Source: a virus (taxonomy: Duplodnaviria > Caudoviricetes). Taken from it: DNA of 48,579 nt. A model generated the notes under the pieces. The model saw only the letters and a program-made list of their open reading frames with translations. It made no database searches and was not told the DNA's origin. The stretch covers positions 1-48,579 of IMG/VR virus record IMGVR_UViG_3300017544_000275. The stretch is one strand, 5' to 3'. Of the stretch, positions 17,366-27,245 are shown one piece after another (within the stretch, counting starts at the first letter, position 1; the number at the start of each line of letters is the position of its first letter). The translations under genes were made by a program, and so were the position numbers.

Positions 17366-17547
17366 TGGCCCGGCCGAAGCTGGGCACCAGCGAGACCAAA
17401 CGACTTCACATGGTGATCACCGAGGACGAGTTGGCAGCCATCAATGACTGGCGCTTTGCCAACCGCGTGTCGTCCCTCTCTGAGGCCGTCCGACAGCTTC
17501 TACAAAAGGCGCTCACCACATGTCCAAAAGGTGAGGCCGACCAGTGA
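17365..17547 (+). CDS. Ribbon-helix-helix DNA-binding protein
   Basis: RLHMVITEDEL.AI.DWRF.NR..S.SEAVRQLL. Confidence 0.75.
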   Translation: MARPKLGTSETKRLHMVITEDELAAINDWRFANRVSSLSEAVRQLLQKALTTCPKGEADQ

Positions 17548-17747
17548 CCCGCGTCGTGACCAGCCCCGAGACGATCCACGCCGCCATGGACGCCGCCCGG
17601 AAACAGGCGATCGCCGACTGCGCCCGGATCGCGCGGGACTATGCCGACAGCCGGAACCGAGCCGGTGTGGTCGACCGGGTAGCCGCTGCCAAGCTGAAGG
17701 CGGCCATCGACATCGCCCATAAGATCGAGAAGCTGGGGGCGCCCTGA
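17544..17747 (+). CDS. Hypothetical protein
   Basis: Coupled ORF (GTGA). Confidence 0.65.
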   Translation: MTRVVTSPETIHAAMDAARKQAIADCARIARDYADSRNRAGVVDRVAAAKLKAAIDIAHKIEKLGAP

Positions 17748-17748
17748 C

Positions 17749-18162
17749 TTGTCGAAGATCGATCGTCTCTGCGATCAGCTCGGCATCAAGATCGTCCCGT
17801 ATCGGAAGCGGCGGCGGCCTCGGCAGACCCATGCCCGGCAGGTCATGCGCCGGATCGTCCTCAAGCACGGCGAGGGCCACCTCCTGTTCGTGCTGCGCGC
17901 CATCCTCTGGTCTCGGAACAACACCGCCGAGCTCTGGTCTGAAACGATCCTCGCCGTCTCCGACATCGTCCTCGACTTCCCCGAATGGGCGGACGCGCGC
18001 GCCGGCGACTTCATGGGCGCCTTCGACACAATCGAGCTCGCCGAGATCCGCCGCCAGGCCCTGACCGGCCGCCGGTTCTCCAAGCGCAGCCGGATCTACA
18101 TCCTCCTCGTCATGGCTCTCCGCGATGCCCTGACCCCAGAGCAGCAAGGGAGCCTCCTATGA
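17749..18162 (+). CDS. Hypothetical phage protein
   Basis: TTG start; operon context. Confidence 0.7.
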   Translation: MSKIDRLCDQLGIKIVPYRKRRRPRQTHARQVMRRIVLKHGEGHLLFVLRAILWSRNNTAELWSETILAVSDIVLDFPEWADARAGDFMGAFDTIELAEIRRQALTGRRFSKRSRIYILLVMALRDALTPEQQGSLL

Positions 18163-18773
18163 CCTGGACCGCATTGCTCGTCCGCGAGCGCCTGGTGGAA
18201 GCCGCCGACACCATGGCGCACATCGTCGTCGATCGGGTCGGGCCCGGCCGGCTCCGCAGCCTCTGGCCGGTCTACGCGAGGGACCACAAGGACGCCTACG
18301 GCTATGGCCAGGTCCAAGTGCGCTACATCCCCGACGCAGCGGCGATCTCGCGGGCCGACGAGGCTCGAGCTTGGATCAACGCGCTCGTCGACGAGGATAA
18401 GGCTCGTCAGATCGTCTGGGCCCGTGCATCCTGCGAGGCGGGAAAGCGATCATTCGCCGGCTGGTGTCGCAAAAACCGCGTTCCGCGCAGGTCGGCCTAC
18501 CGCCTGACCGACCTTATCCATGAGCGGGTTGCGCTAAGTCTCTGTAAGGCTTCAATAAACTTGCGATACCCCGACTATGGACGGGTGGCACAACATGAGG
18601 GCATAGAGGGGGGGCAAATCGATAGCCTGTCGATTTCTGCGTCGCCACGATCCTTCATGGAAGACGACGCCAGGCCGGTCGATGATCCCGAGGCCCGCGA
18701 TATGGCTTGGTCGGAGAAGCAAGCAGAGCGACGTCGCAAGATCCTCGCTCGATATGAGCAACCTGCGACGTGA
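18159..18773 (+). CDS. Putative late transcription regulator (DUF6362-like)
   Basis: MTWT..LV.ERLVEAA.T; last early gene before terminase; C-terminal HTH-like region. Confidence 0.6.
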   Translation: MTWTALLVRERLVEAADTMAHIVVDRVGPGRLRSLWPVYARDHKDAYGYGQVQVRYIPDAAAISRADEARAWINALVDEDKARQIVWARASCEAGKRSFAGWCRKNRVPRRSAYRLTDLIHERVALSLCKASINLRYPDYGRVAQHEGIEGGQIDSLSISASPRSFMEDDARPVDDPEARDMAWSEKQAERRRKILARYEQPAT

Positions 18774-18872
18774 CAGTTCAAGCCCCCGCTAGGGGCGCCG
18801 GCCGGTGAGGTTCTCCCCACCCCGGGCCGACTCGACAGTATGTTCCCGGCTTCTTTTGCAGTGAGCGTCCGG

Positions 18873-19436
18873 CTAAGGGTTTAGAGGGTCAATTTGTTTC
18901 GGGACAAATTCATCTACTTTCGTCGCCTTGTCGGCAGAACCTTGCGCGCACTGTACATTCTGATTTCCAATCCCAGTAGTATTGGGGTCGAATATTACGG
19001 CAGCGGCGCAGCCTGTGATAAGTGACCCATCCCGGCTTGCTCTCCAAAGGCGGGGGAAGACGAAAGTATTTGGTTCGGCCTGATACCCGGGTATCGCTTT
19101 TTCCATGGGGAGGAATGAAGCTAAAGTATCATAAGCAGAATTCGGGCTCACCGCGATATATATTCTACAGGTTACGCGCCTGCCCACGCTCTTGTAGAAC
19201 CCTCCATTGAGGGCCAAGTCTTGAGACCAGTAATCGCACCTGTGAATGTTCCCCGTATCTCGATCTTGTGCGTAGGCAATCGAGTTGCAAAGCCAGTCCG
19301 TGACGAGACCGCTCACGGTTTTAATCTGCTTTGAGGCGCACACCATGCTTGCGTCTGGCAAAAATTCAAGATTCATGCCGTGGGCATAGGGTGCGCCTAA
19401 CAAGGGCAGTGCGATCAGGTACGACGCTACTCGCAT
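18873..19436 (-). CDS. Low-GC moron: secreted Cys-containing protein of unknown function
   Basis: Signal peptide MRVASYLIALPLLGAPYAHG; six Cys; GAGGGA RBS; AT-rich upstream. Confidence 0.75.
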   Translation of the reverse strand: MRVASYLIALPLLGAPYAHGMNLEFLPDASMVCASKQIKTVSGLVTDWLCNSIAYAQDRDTGNIHRCDYWSQDLALNGGFYKSVGRRVTCRIYIAVSPNSAYDTLASFLPMEKAIPGYQAEPNTFVFPRLWRASRDGSLITGCAAAVIFDPNTTGIGNQNVQCAQGSADKATKVDEFVPKQIDPLNP

Positions 19437-19602
19437 GATTGTCCCTCGAGTGTTAAAAGACAGATAGCGTATACCAGATGATGGCGCGCTCCTACGCTTC
19501 AAGTCATTCAAATATACTTGACTACGGGTGGCATTTCTTTTCTCCACGCCGGTTCGCTCGGCCCAATTGCCGGGTCATTCAGGGAAATCAAACGGAAATC
19601 AA

Positions 19603-19962
19603 ATGACCGCAGCAAAGCGCGGCGGTAAACGCGCCGGGGCTGGCCGTCCGCAGGGGCGCCAAAACAAGGCCACGCGAGAACAGAAGGCCTCCCTTCAGGA
19701 ACTCGCGCGTAACCATACATCGGTGGCGCTGGCCGCCTTGGTGCATGTGGCCACCAAGGGCGAAAGCGAAAGCGCGAGGGTTGCGGCTTCCAATGCTTTG
19801 CTCGATCGCGCCTACGGCAAGCCGAGCCAATCCGTCCAGCACTCCGGCGCCATCGGCTCCTACGATCTAACCAAGGTGACGGATGACGACCTCGACCGCC
19901 TTGAGGCCATCCTCGGCCCGATTGCCGACACTGGCGGAGATACGGGCGGAGCGGAGGCGTAG
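19603..19962 (+). CDS. terS: Terminase small subunit
   Basis: GGKRAGAGRPQG..NK; ARVAASNALLDRAYGKP; precedes terL. Confidence 0.85.
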   Translation: MTAAKRGGKRAGAGRPQGRQNKATREQKASLQELARNHTSVALAALVHVATKGESESARVAASNALLDRAYGKPSQSVQHSGAIGSYDLTKVTDDDLDRLEAILGPIADTGGDTGGAEA

Positions 19963-21418
19963 GGAGGCAGAACGGGAACGGCACCGGGTCAAGCGAGACG
20001 CTGAGGCGATCCGAGCCCGGTGCCAGACCTTGGCAGGGTTCATTCGCGAGGCCTGGCATGTCGTCGAGCCCAGCTCGGACTACATCCATGGCTGGCACCT
20101 GGACGCCATCTGCGATCACCTGCAGGCGGTCACCGACGGCCGGATCAACCGGTTGCTGATCAACGTGCCGCCCGGCACCATGAAATCGCTGTTGACCTCG
20201 GTTCTGTGGCCGGCATGGGAATGGGGGCCGATGGGGCGCCCGTCGCTCCGGTATCTGACCAGCAGCTACACGGAGAAATACGTCAAGCGCGACAGCCGCC
20301 GGATGCGCGACCTGGTGCAGTCCGAGTGGTATCGGTCGCTGTGGCCCGAGGTAGAGCTCGTCAGGGCGGGCGAGGCGTCCTTTGCCAACACCAAGACCGG
20401 GTTTCGCGAGGGCGTGCCATTCGCGTCCCTCACCGGCGGCCGCGGCGATCGGGTGATCATCGACGATCCGCATTCAACGGAAACGGCGGAGAGCGAGGCG
20501 GAGCGGCTGAACACCACCCGGATCTTCCGGGAATCGGTCCCGACCCGCCTGAATGACCCGAAGACCTCGGCCATCATCGTCATCATGCAGCGTCTGCACG
20601 AGGACGACGTGTCCGGCCAGATCGCGAAGCTCGGGCTCGGCTACGAGCACATGATGCTGCCGATGGAGTTCGAGCCGGACCGCCGGTGCCGGACGTCCAT
20701 CGGGTTCGAGGACCCGCGCGCCTATGAGGGGGAGCTTCTGTTTCCTGAGCGCTTTCCCCGTGAGGTGGTCGAGCGCGACAAGGTGCCGATGGGCTCCTAT
20801 GCCGTGGCCGGCCAGTTCCAGCAGCGGCCGGCGCCGCGCTCGGGCGGGATGTTCCAGCGCGGCGATTTCGAGATCGTCGACGCCGTACCGGCTGGCGCGC
20901 GCCGCTGCCGGGCCTGGGATTTCGCAGCATCGACGCAGAAGGCCGGCAAGCAGCCGGACTGGACCGTCGGCCTGCGGATGGCGCACCTGAACGGCGTCTT
21001 CTATGTCGAGGACGTGCTGCGGGATCGTTGGTCCCCTGGCGACGTCGAACGGAACCTGAGGAACACGGCATCGCAAGACGGCACCGAGGTCGTCATCAGG
21101 ATGCCTCAGGATCCGGGCGCCGCCGGTAAGGCGGATGCTGCGACGAAGATCAAGCTCCTGGCGGGCTACAGCGTCACCACGGAGCCGGTGACGGGTGACA
21201 AGGCCACTCGCGCCAAGCCGGCGTCAGCCCAGGCCGAGGCCGGCAACGTCAAGCTGGTCCGCGGGCGGTGGAATGATGCGTTCCTCGACGAGGTCTGCTC
21301 GTTCCCAAATGCCCAGTTCGATGACCAGGTGGATGCGTTCGCGGATGCTCTCAACGAGCTCGCGCTCAACACGCCGCCCTCGGTCGCCATGTTCCTGATG
21401 AAGAGGCATAGATCATGA
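19883..21418 (+). CDS. terL: Terminase large subunit
   Basis: LINVPPGTMKS Walker A, IIDDP Walker B, IMQRLHEDD, RAWDFA, FDDQVDA. Confidence 0.95.
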   Translation: MTTSTALRPSSARLPTLAEIRAERRRREAERERHRVKRDAEAIRARCQTLAGFIREAWHVVEPSSDYIHGWHLDAICDHLQAVTDGRINRLLINVPPGTMKSLLTSVLWPAWEWGPMGRPSLRYLTSSYTEKYVKRDSRRMRDLVQSEWYRSLWPEVELVRAGEASFANTKTGFREGVPFASLTGGRGDRVIIDDPHSTETAESEAERLNTTRIFRESVPTRLNDPKTSAIIVIMQRLHEDDVSGQIAKLGLGYEHMMLPMEFEPDRRCRTSIGFEDPRAYEGELLFPERFPREVVERDKVPMGSYAVAGQFQQRPAPRSGGMFQRGDFEIVDAVPAGARRCRAWDFAASTQKAGKQPDWTVGLRMAHLNGVFYVEDVLRDRWSPGDVERNLRNTASQDGTEVVIRMPQDPGAAGKADAATKIKLLAGYSVTTEPVTGDKATRAKPASAQAEAGNVKLVRGRWNDAFLDEVCSFPNAQFDDQVDAFADALNELALNTPPSVAMFLMKRHRS

Positions 21419-22785
21419 GCGTTCTGCGCCTCGTCGCGAACCGGGCCGAGCGCAGCCTTGAGCGCATGTTTCCGGGGTTCTTCCCGAGCACCAAGCACGA
21501 CCACTACAAGGACTTCGGCTATCCCGCCGACCTGACGTTCAGCCAGCTCTACAAGATCTATCTCCGCAACGGCCTCGCCCATGCTGCGGTGGCCAAGACG
21601 ATTGACAAGACCTGGCAGGATGCGCCGTTCCTCCTCGAGGCGGAGCGGGACGGCAGCGAAGGCAGCCTCAAGGACGAGACCACCCTCGAGAAGGAGATCC
21701 GCCTCCGGTTCGACGAACTGCGAGTGTGGATGCACCTCGCCGAGGCCGATCGGCGGGGAATGGTCGGCGCCTACGCCGGCGTGATCCTCCGCCTCGCTGA
21801 TGGCAAGCGGTTCGCTGAGCCGGTCGAGCGCGTCGGCGGTGGCCTCCTCGGCCTGGTGGAGCTCGTGCCGGCGTGGGAGGGGCAGCTCACGGTCTCCGAA
21901 TGGGACAACGAGGAGACATCTCCCGGCTACGGCCAGCCGAAAATGTTCCAGTTCAACGAGGCGGCCGTCGGGGAGACCACCAACCCGCGTTCGTTCAACG
22001 TGCATCCCGATCGGGTGCTGATCTGGTCTCGCGACGGGACGGTGCACGGTCGGTCATCTCTGGAGCCTGGCTACAACGACCTGATCGACATGGAGAAGAT
22101 CAAGGGCGCGGGCGGTGAAGGCTTCTGGAAGAACGCCAAATCTGCCCCCGTGCTCGAGATCGACAAGGAAGCCGACATCCGGTCGATGGCGAAGGCCATG
22201 GGTGTGCCGGAATCGGAAATCGCCGACCGCATGAACGAGCAGGTCGCCGACTGGCAAAAGGGGTTCGATCAGCTCTTGATGCTGCAGGGCATCCAGGCGA
22301 AGACGCTGGGTATCACCCTGCCGTCGCCGGAGCACTTCTGGGCAGCGCCGCTCCAGTCCTTCGCCGCATCCATCGGCATCCCGCTGAAGATCCTCGTGGG
22401 CAATCAGACGGGCGAGCGGGCCAGTACCGAGGATGCATCCGAATGGGCGCAGACGAATATGTCGCGCCGGACGGGGCACGTCATCCCGAACATCAGGATG
22501 CTGATCAACCGGCTGGAGCGTTTCAGCATCCTGCCGGAGAAGGATTGGTTCCTCGACTGGACCGACCTCACCGAAACGTCGATGGCCGACAAGATCGACC
22601 GCACGGTCAAGATGGCCGAGGTCAACGCCAAGATGCAGTCGAGCGGCGAGTGGGTGTTCACGCCAGAGGAGATCCGCGCCGCGGCCGACTATGAGCCCCT
22701 AAGCGAGAAAGAGAAGTACCGCGACGATCCGTCCGACGAGGACGACGAAGCGGCCCTGCCGCCGGCGCGCAAGCCCGCCGCGTAA
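21415..22785 (+). CDS. Portal protein (DUF1073-like)
   Basis: Follows terL; IPLKILVG.QTGERASTED motif. Confidence 0.85.
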   Translation: MSVLRLVANRAERSLERMFPGFFPSTKHDHYKDFGYPADLTFSQLYKIYLRNGLAHAAVAKTIDKTWQDAPFLLEAERDGSEGSLKDETTLEKEIRLRFDELRVWMHLAEADRRGMVGAYAGVILRLADGKRFAEPVERVGGGLLGLVELVPAWEGQLTVSEWDNEETSPGYGQPKMFQFNEAAVGETTNPRSFNVHPDRVLIWSRDGTVHGRSSLEPGYNDLIDMEKIKGAGGEGFWKNAKSAPVLEIDKEADIRSMAKAMGVPESEIADRMNEQVADWQKGFDQLLMLQGIQAKTLGITLPSPEHFWAAPLQSFAASIGIPLKILVGNQTGERASTEDASEWAQTNMSRRTGHVIPNIRMLINRLERFSILPEKDWFLDWTDLTETSMADKIDRTVKMAEVNAKMQSSGEWVFTPEEIRAAADYEPLSEKEKYRDDPSDEDDEAALPPARKPAA

Positions 22786-22799
22786 TCCGGAGAGCCCCC

Positions 22800-23927
22800 G
22801 TGTTGAAGACGGTCCGAGTGAACATCCGCTCGGTCGCGAACACTGCTGCCGTGCGCAAGGAGAAGCGCAACGGCCGCGATGTCGTGATCGTGCCCAGTGC
22901 CACCCTGCCGGATGGTGTCGTGATGAACGACATCCTCTATCCGGCCGACGAGATCGGGAAGAGCTTCGCCAGCCTCGACCGGACGCCGGCGCCGCTCGGC
23001 CACCCGACGATCAACGGCAAGTTCGTGTCGGCGCGAGACCCCGAGGGCATCAACATCGGATGGATCGGGGCCTGGAACGAGAACGTCCGCCGCGAGAATG
23101 GCCGCGTCTTCCTCGACAAGGTGATCGATGTCGAACGCGCCAATCAGTCCGAGGGCGGTCGGCGCGTTCTGGCTGCCATCGAGAAGGGCGAACCAGTCCA
23201 CACGTCCACCGGCCTGCTCTGCATGCTCGAGGAGGCGAACGGGGACGTCACTCACAAGCACATCGCTCGCGACATCGAGTTCGACCATGACGCCATCCTG
23301 CTCGACCAGGAAGGCGCTGCCACCCCCGCGCAGGGCGTCGGCATGCTGGTGAACGCCAAGGGCGAGCAGGAAGAGATCGAGGTCATCAACTCCACCCTCA
23401 CGGAGGATGCTGACCGGGAAATCGACTGGGCCGGAACTCGGCTCATCGAAGCACTCAAGCGCCGAGACGCCATCGGCACATGGGAGCGCATGAAGGCCGC
23501 GATCATGGAGGCCGTGGGCCTCTCGGAGCGGGCACCCTCTACCAACACGAAGGAGACTGCCATGCCCGTCACCGACGAGCAGTTCAAGGCGCTTTCCGAT
23601 GAGGTGAAGACCCTCTCGGAAGGCTTCGGCAAGATTGGCGACACGATCGGCACCGCGGTGGCCAATGCGGTGAAGCCGCTGGTCGACGCGCAGGCCGAGC
23701 TGGTGGCCAACCAAAAGGCCAAGGACGACGCCGAGCAGGCGGATCTGGTCGCCAAGGTCGTGAAGGCCAACCTCCTCGACGAGGAGACCGCCGAGGCGAC
23801 CCCGCTCAACACGCTGCGCAAGCTCGCCGAGAAGGCCGAGCCCGGCCGCGCGGCGCCGCTCAATGCCGCTTTCAAGCCGGCGGCCGGCGACAAGAACGGC
23901 TTCAAGCTGCCGAAGGCGGAGGGCTGA
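22800..23927 (+). CDS. Prohead protease/scaffold protein
   Basis: PAPLGHP, STGL, FDHDAILLD..GAA.P.QGVG; coiled-coil C-terminus. Confidence 0.8.
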   Translation: MLKTVRVNIRSVANTAAVRKEKRNGRDVVIVPSATLPDGVVMNDILYPADEIGKSFASLDRTPAPLGHPTINGKFVSARDPEGINIGWIGAWNENVRRENGRVFLDKVIDVERANQSEGGRRVLAAIEKGEPVHTSTGLLCMLEEANGDVTHKHIARDIEFDHDAILLDQEGAATPAQGVGMLVNAKGEQEEIEVINSTLTEDADREIDWAGTRLIEALKRRDAIGTWERMKAAIMEAVGLSERAPSTNTKETAMPVTDEQFKALSDEVKTLSEGFGKIGDTIGTAVANAVKPLVDAQAELVANQKAKDDAEQADLVAKVVKANLLDEETAEATPLNTLRKLAEKAEPGRAAPLNAAFKPAAGDKNGFKLPKAEG

Positions 23928-23931
23928 TCAC

Positions 23932-24393
23932 ATGGCTCGCTACAACAAGATCTATCTCGGCCCGGTCGAGAAGGTGAAGCCGCAGGTGCGCGAACTGCTT
24001 GCGTCCGCGGCGCTCAAGCCCGGTCGCCTGGCCGTCATCTCGTCCGGCAAGTTCGCGCTCGCCGGCGCGACCACGGTCGGCAAGGTCTGGCTGGTCCAGG
24101 ACAACTACCTCGCCATGAAGGGCGTGGATGATGACTGGGCTGCGGACTCGATCGCCATCGGTATCGAGATGCAGGACGACTGCCTCTATGCGGCCCGCAT
24201 TGCCACCGGCGTCAACGTCGCGGCGATCGGCACTGCTCTGACGCCGGCCGCCAACGGCACGCTGGCGATCGCCTCCACGTCCGACCTCGTCGTCGCCTAT
24301 GCCGAGGAGGTCTTCAATAACAACACCGGCAGCGAGCAGCTGATCCGCATCCGTCCCGCGGGCAGCCAGTCCTACCTGTCGGCCGCGTCGTAA
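23932..24393 (+). CDS. Head decoration protein
   Basis: Between scaffold and capsid genes. Confidence 0.65.
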   Translation: MARYNKIYLGPVEKVKPQVRELLASAALKPGRLAVISSGKFALAGATTVGKVWLVQDNYLAMKGVDDDWAADSIAIGIEMQDDCLYAARIATGVNVAAIGTALTPAANGTLAIASTSDLVVAYAEEVFNNNTGSEQLIRIRPAGSQSYLSAAS

Positions 24394-24405
24394 GGAGAGA
24401 GCGAC

Positions 24406-25476
24406 ATGCGCTATTTCGACGAACAGCTCGTCGCCAACTCCCGGCCGCACGCGGCTTGGTGGGGCGAACTCGGTGTCGTGCGTGAGCACTTCCACCGGAC
24501 CGAAGACCAGCACGCCGCGCTGGCTAGCGAAATGGGCCTCGTGGGCAATGCGGCTGCCGTGCTGCCCCGCGATGCTTGGCTCGATCTCGACGGCATCACC
24601 CGCCGCGTGATGCGCAACGACGAGGGTCAGGTCTACATGGCCGACCTGATGCCGCTGGCGAAGCCGGTCCACATCGGCAAGCTGGTGCATCTGACCCGTG
24701 TGTCGGGTGATGCTGGCTCTGTCGTGCGGTCCATGTCCGGCCAGGTGCCGGTGACCATGGACAAGGTCACCTATGACTACCGCGGCACGCCGGTCCCGAT
24801 CTTCGCCACGGCCTATGGCCGAGAGTGGCGGGAATGGAACACCCTGCAGTCCGAGAACTTCGATGCTCTGGCGGATGACCAGGAGGCGCACACCGCCAAG
24901 ATCCGTCGGAACATGGCGCAGTATGTGCTCGACGGCGACGCCGGCATCGTGTTCCAGGGCTACGCGGCCACTGGCATCCGGACCAACCCGCTGTCCAAGG
25001 CGATCAACCTGGGCTCGGCCGGGGGCGGCGCCAACATCGACCTGTCGTCGGCTTCCACGACCTCGGACGACATCGACAAGTTCTTCACCCAGACGCTGGG
25101 CGCGGTGCTCGACGCCAACCTGATCACGGGAAAGGTCAATCTCTACGTGTCGCCCGAGATCGGCCGGAACTTCGACCGGTCCTATTCGGGCTCGTCGGGC
25201 TTCAAGGGCGGCACGCTGCTGAGCTACCTGCTCACGAACCGCCGCATCAACAAGATCGCCGTTTCCTACGAACTGAGCGGCAATCAGTTCTTCGGCTTCG
25301 TCCCGAACGCCGACTACATCCGCCCGCTCGTCGGCATGGCCGTGAACACCACGGCGATGACGCGCCTCAACCCGACGGACAATTACCAGTTCCTCGTCAT
25401 GGGCGCGCTGGGCCTCGAGATCCGAGCCGACATCAACGGCAAGGGCGGCGTCTTCTACTCAACCGACATCGACTGA
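24406..25476 (+). CDS. Major capsid protein
   Basis: AAGGAG RBS; 356 aa; strong codon bias; position. Confidence 0.85.
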   Translation: MRYFDEQLVANSRPHAAWWGELGVVREHFHRTEDQHAALASEMGLVGNAAAVLPRDAWLDLDGITRRVMRNDEGQVYMADLMPLAKPVHIGKLVHLTRVSGDAGSVVRSMSGQVPVTMDKVTYDYRGTPVPIFATAYGREWREWNTLQSENFDALADDQEAHTAKIRRNMAQYVLDGDAGIVFQGYAATGIRTNPLSKAINLGSAGGGANIDLSSASTTSDDIDKFFTQTLGAVLDANLITGKVNLYVSPEIGRNFDRSYSGSSGFKGGTLLSYLLTNRRINKIAVSYELSGNQFFGFVPNADYIRPLVGMAVNTTAMTRLNPTDNYQFLVMGALGLEIRADINGKGGVFYSTDID

Positions 25477-25483
25477 TCCGTGT

Positions 25484-25509
25484 GGGGCTCGGCCGTCCGG
25501 CCGGGCTCC
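25484..25509 (+). terminator. Stem-loop after capsid gene
   Basis: GGGGCTCGGCCG..CGGCCGGGCTCC; no clear U tract. Confidence 0.45.
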
Positions 25510-25541
25510 TCCGTGCTCATCGCAAATCACAGGAGCGCGTG

Positions 25542-25865
25542 ATGCGCATCAAGGTCACGAAGCCCGGCATTTTCAATGCGCAGGGCCATGAAATCGAGGT
25601 CGGCACGGAGCTGACGGTGAAGAGCGAACCTCTCGCTTGGGCCGGCCGCTACGAGATGATCTCGGGCGGCGGCGCCGGCAAGGCGGCGGTCACGAACCCG
25701 AAGGTCGAGGGACTGCGGGCCATCCACCACGGCGGCGGCAAGTTCAATGTCGTCGATGGCGAGACGGTGCTGGTGTCCGGCCTCAGCAAGGCGGACGCCG
25801 ATGCCTTCAATGGCATGTCCGACGAGGACAAGAAGGCCTACCTCGACGCGAGCAAGCAGGGCTGA
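25542..25865 (+). CDS. Hypothetical virion-associated protein
   Basis: AGGAG RBS; after capsid gene. Confidence 0.7.
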   Translation: MRIKVTKPGIFNAQGHEIEVGTELTVKSEPLAWAGRYEMISGGGAGKAAVTNPKVEGLRAIHHGGGKFNVVDGETVLVSGLSKADADAFNGMSDEDKKAYLDASKQG

Positions 25866-25867
25866 CC

Positions 25868-26347
25868 ATGGCGGGGTACGGCACCAATGAAGATTTCACG
25901 GCCTATGCCGGCGATGCCGGACAGACCGTGCCTTCCGATGGTATCGCCGCCGCCCGTCAGCGAGGCAGCGCCTATGTCGACGCGCTCTATGGCAGCCGGT
26001 TTTCCGGCGCCCCGACAGGTGGCGTGCAGCAGGAAAGGGCGTGGCCGCGGACTGGGGCTGTCGCCTTCGGGCAGGCCCTGGACCCCGATCTGATCCCGTT
26101 GCGCGTCGAGCAGGCGAGCTATGAGGCCGCCATGATCGAGGCCCGAAAGCCGGGGAGCTTGGCCGTTGTCGTCGACCCGTCCAAGCGGGTGAAGCGTCAG
26201 AAGGTCGAGGGTATCGAGCGTGAGTTCTTCGATCCGGGCGAGGGGCTGGACGGAAGTTCGATCGGCCCGGTCTCCTCGGTCATCGACGGACTGCTCGCGC
26301 CGTTGCTCATTCCGGAGCCGGCCAATATCGGCTTGTGGGTGGTGTGA
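25868..26347 (+). CDS. Head-tail adaptor (DnaT-like annotated family)
   Basis: RGSAYVD...Q.RAWPR...IP..VEQASYEAA. Confidence 0.75.
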   Translation: MAGYGTNEDFTAYAGDAGQTVPSDGIAAARQRGSAYVDALYGSRFSGAPTGGVQQERAWPRTGAVAFGQALDPDLIPLRVEQASYEAAMIEARKPGSLAVVVDPSKRVKRQKVEGIEREFFDPGEGLDGSSIGPVSSVIDGLLAPLLIPEPANIGLWVV

Positions 26348-26715
26348 TGGCCGACGGCTTCTATGACGAGATGCAGGCGACAGCGGCCGAACTCCTGGCC
26401 GAGTTCAAGCAGGGCGCGGTCCAACTCGTCCGCGTCACCCCAGGCGCGCCGGATCCGGCCACCCCGTGGGAGCCGGGCGCGCCGACGCAGACGGCCTATG
26501 ATCTGAAGGCCACCGTCACCCGGGAGCACCAGCGATTTGAGAACGGGACGCTGATTGTGGAAGCTGGCGACATGGTGACGTTTGCCGTTCCGCCGGTCAC
26601 GCCGGAGCCTACCGACAAGATAATGATCGACGGCGCCGCCCGCTCCATCACCAACCTCACGCCGATCCCTGCCGCAGGCGACCCGGTTGCTTGGAAGGCG
26701 TGGTGCGCAGGCTAA
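26347..26715 (+). CDS. Head closure/head-tail joining protein
   Basis: FYDEMQATA.ELL.EF.QG; position. Confidence 0.7.
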   Translation: MADGFYDEMQATAAELLAEFKQGAVQLVRVTPGAPDPATPWEPGAPTQTAYDLKATVTREHQRFENGTLIVEAGDMVTFAVPPVTPEPTDKIMIDGAARSITNLTPIPAAGDPVAWKAWCAG

Positions 26716-27245
26716 TAGCCCATCACTGATTTTAGTTCGTTTGCTGCCTTCGACAGCTTCCCCTGAGGGGTGTTGAGCCAGCCAGGAACCACTAGTGTGC
26801 GGAGCAATGCTGTTTCTTGCTTGTTCAGCAGGTCTGGGTTTCTGTCCAGTGCAAAGGAGATGAGCGACCGCTCCAGAAAGCCTATGTCGCGGTGCTTGGC
26901 CGTTGATGGTCGTGAGAACTGAAGTTTTCCAGGTGTGGCTCGCGCGTAGAGGTACATCACTGGCGTTCCCTTTATCCCGGAGGCCAGTGTCTGGTTGTAC
27001 TTTCGGATTTTGTCGGGCGTAAGAGCCTCGTTCTTGAAGCTCTGTCGCTCCGCCTTGCCAACATACCAAGGCAGAATGCCTCCGCCGGATCTCAAGGCGA
27101 AAACATAACAGCCACAAGCATTAGACAGCCAATACTCCTCCTTCTCGACATGCTCCCAGAAAAGCAAACGTTCGCCGTCTTCCAGGAAGATGAGGTTGTC
27201 GTCTGACCGCGGCAGTTCAAACGGTCCGTAGGGGTAGTATCTCAA
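26712..27245 (-). CDS. GIY-YIG-like nuclease moron, antisense inside head-tail operon
   Basis: GCYVF...WYVGKA...F, later LE..LI and LLN motifs; lower GC; TTG start after GGGGAG (track start 27272). Confidence 0.7.
   Translation of the reverse strand: MRYYPYGPFELPRSDDNLIFLEDGERLLFWEHVEKEEYWLSNACGCYVFALRSGGGILPWYVGKAERQSFKNEALTPDKIRKYNQTLASGIKGTPVMYLYARATPGKLQFSRPSTAKHRDIGFLERSLISFALDRNPDLLNKQETALLRTLVVPGWLNTPQGKLSKAANELKSVMGY

Noticed and set aside
18770-18810. tRNA 3' fragment or att site (GTTCAAG...AGGGGCGCC)
   Set aside because: No pairing T-stem, no cloverleaf, no CCA and no second copy seen
21415-22785. Anti-CBASS Acb1 call sometimes attached to DUF1073 proteins
   Set aside because: Size and position after terL indicate a portal protein
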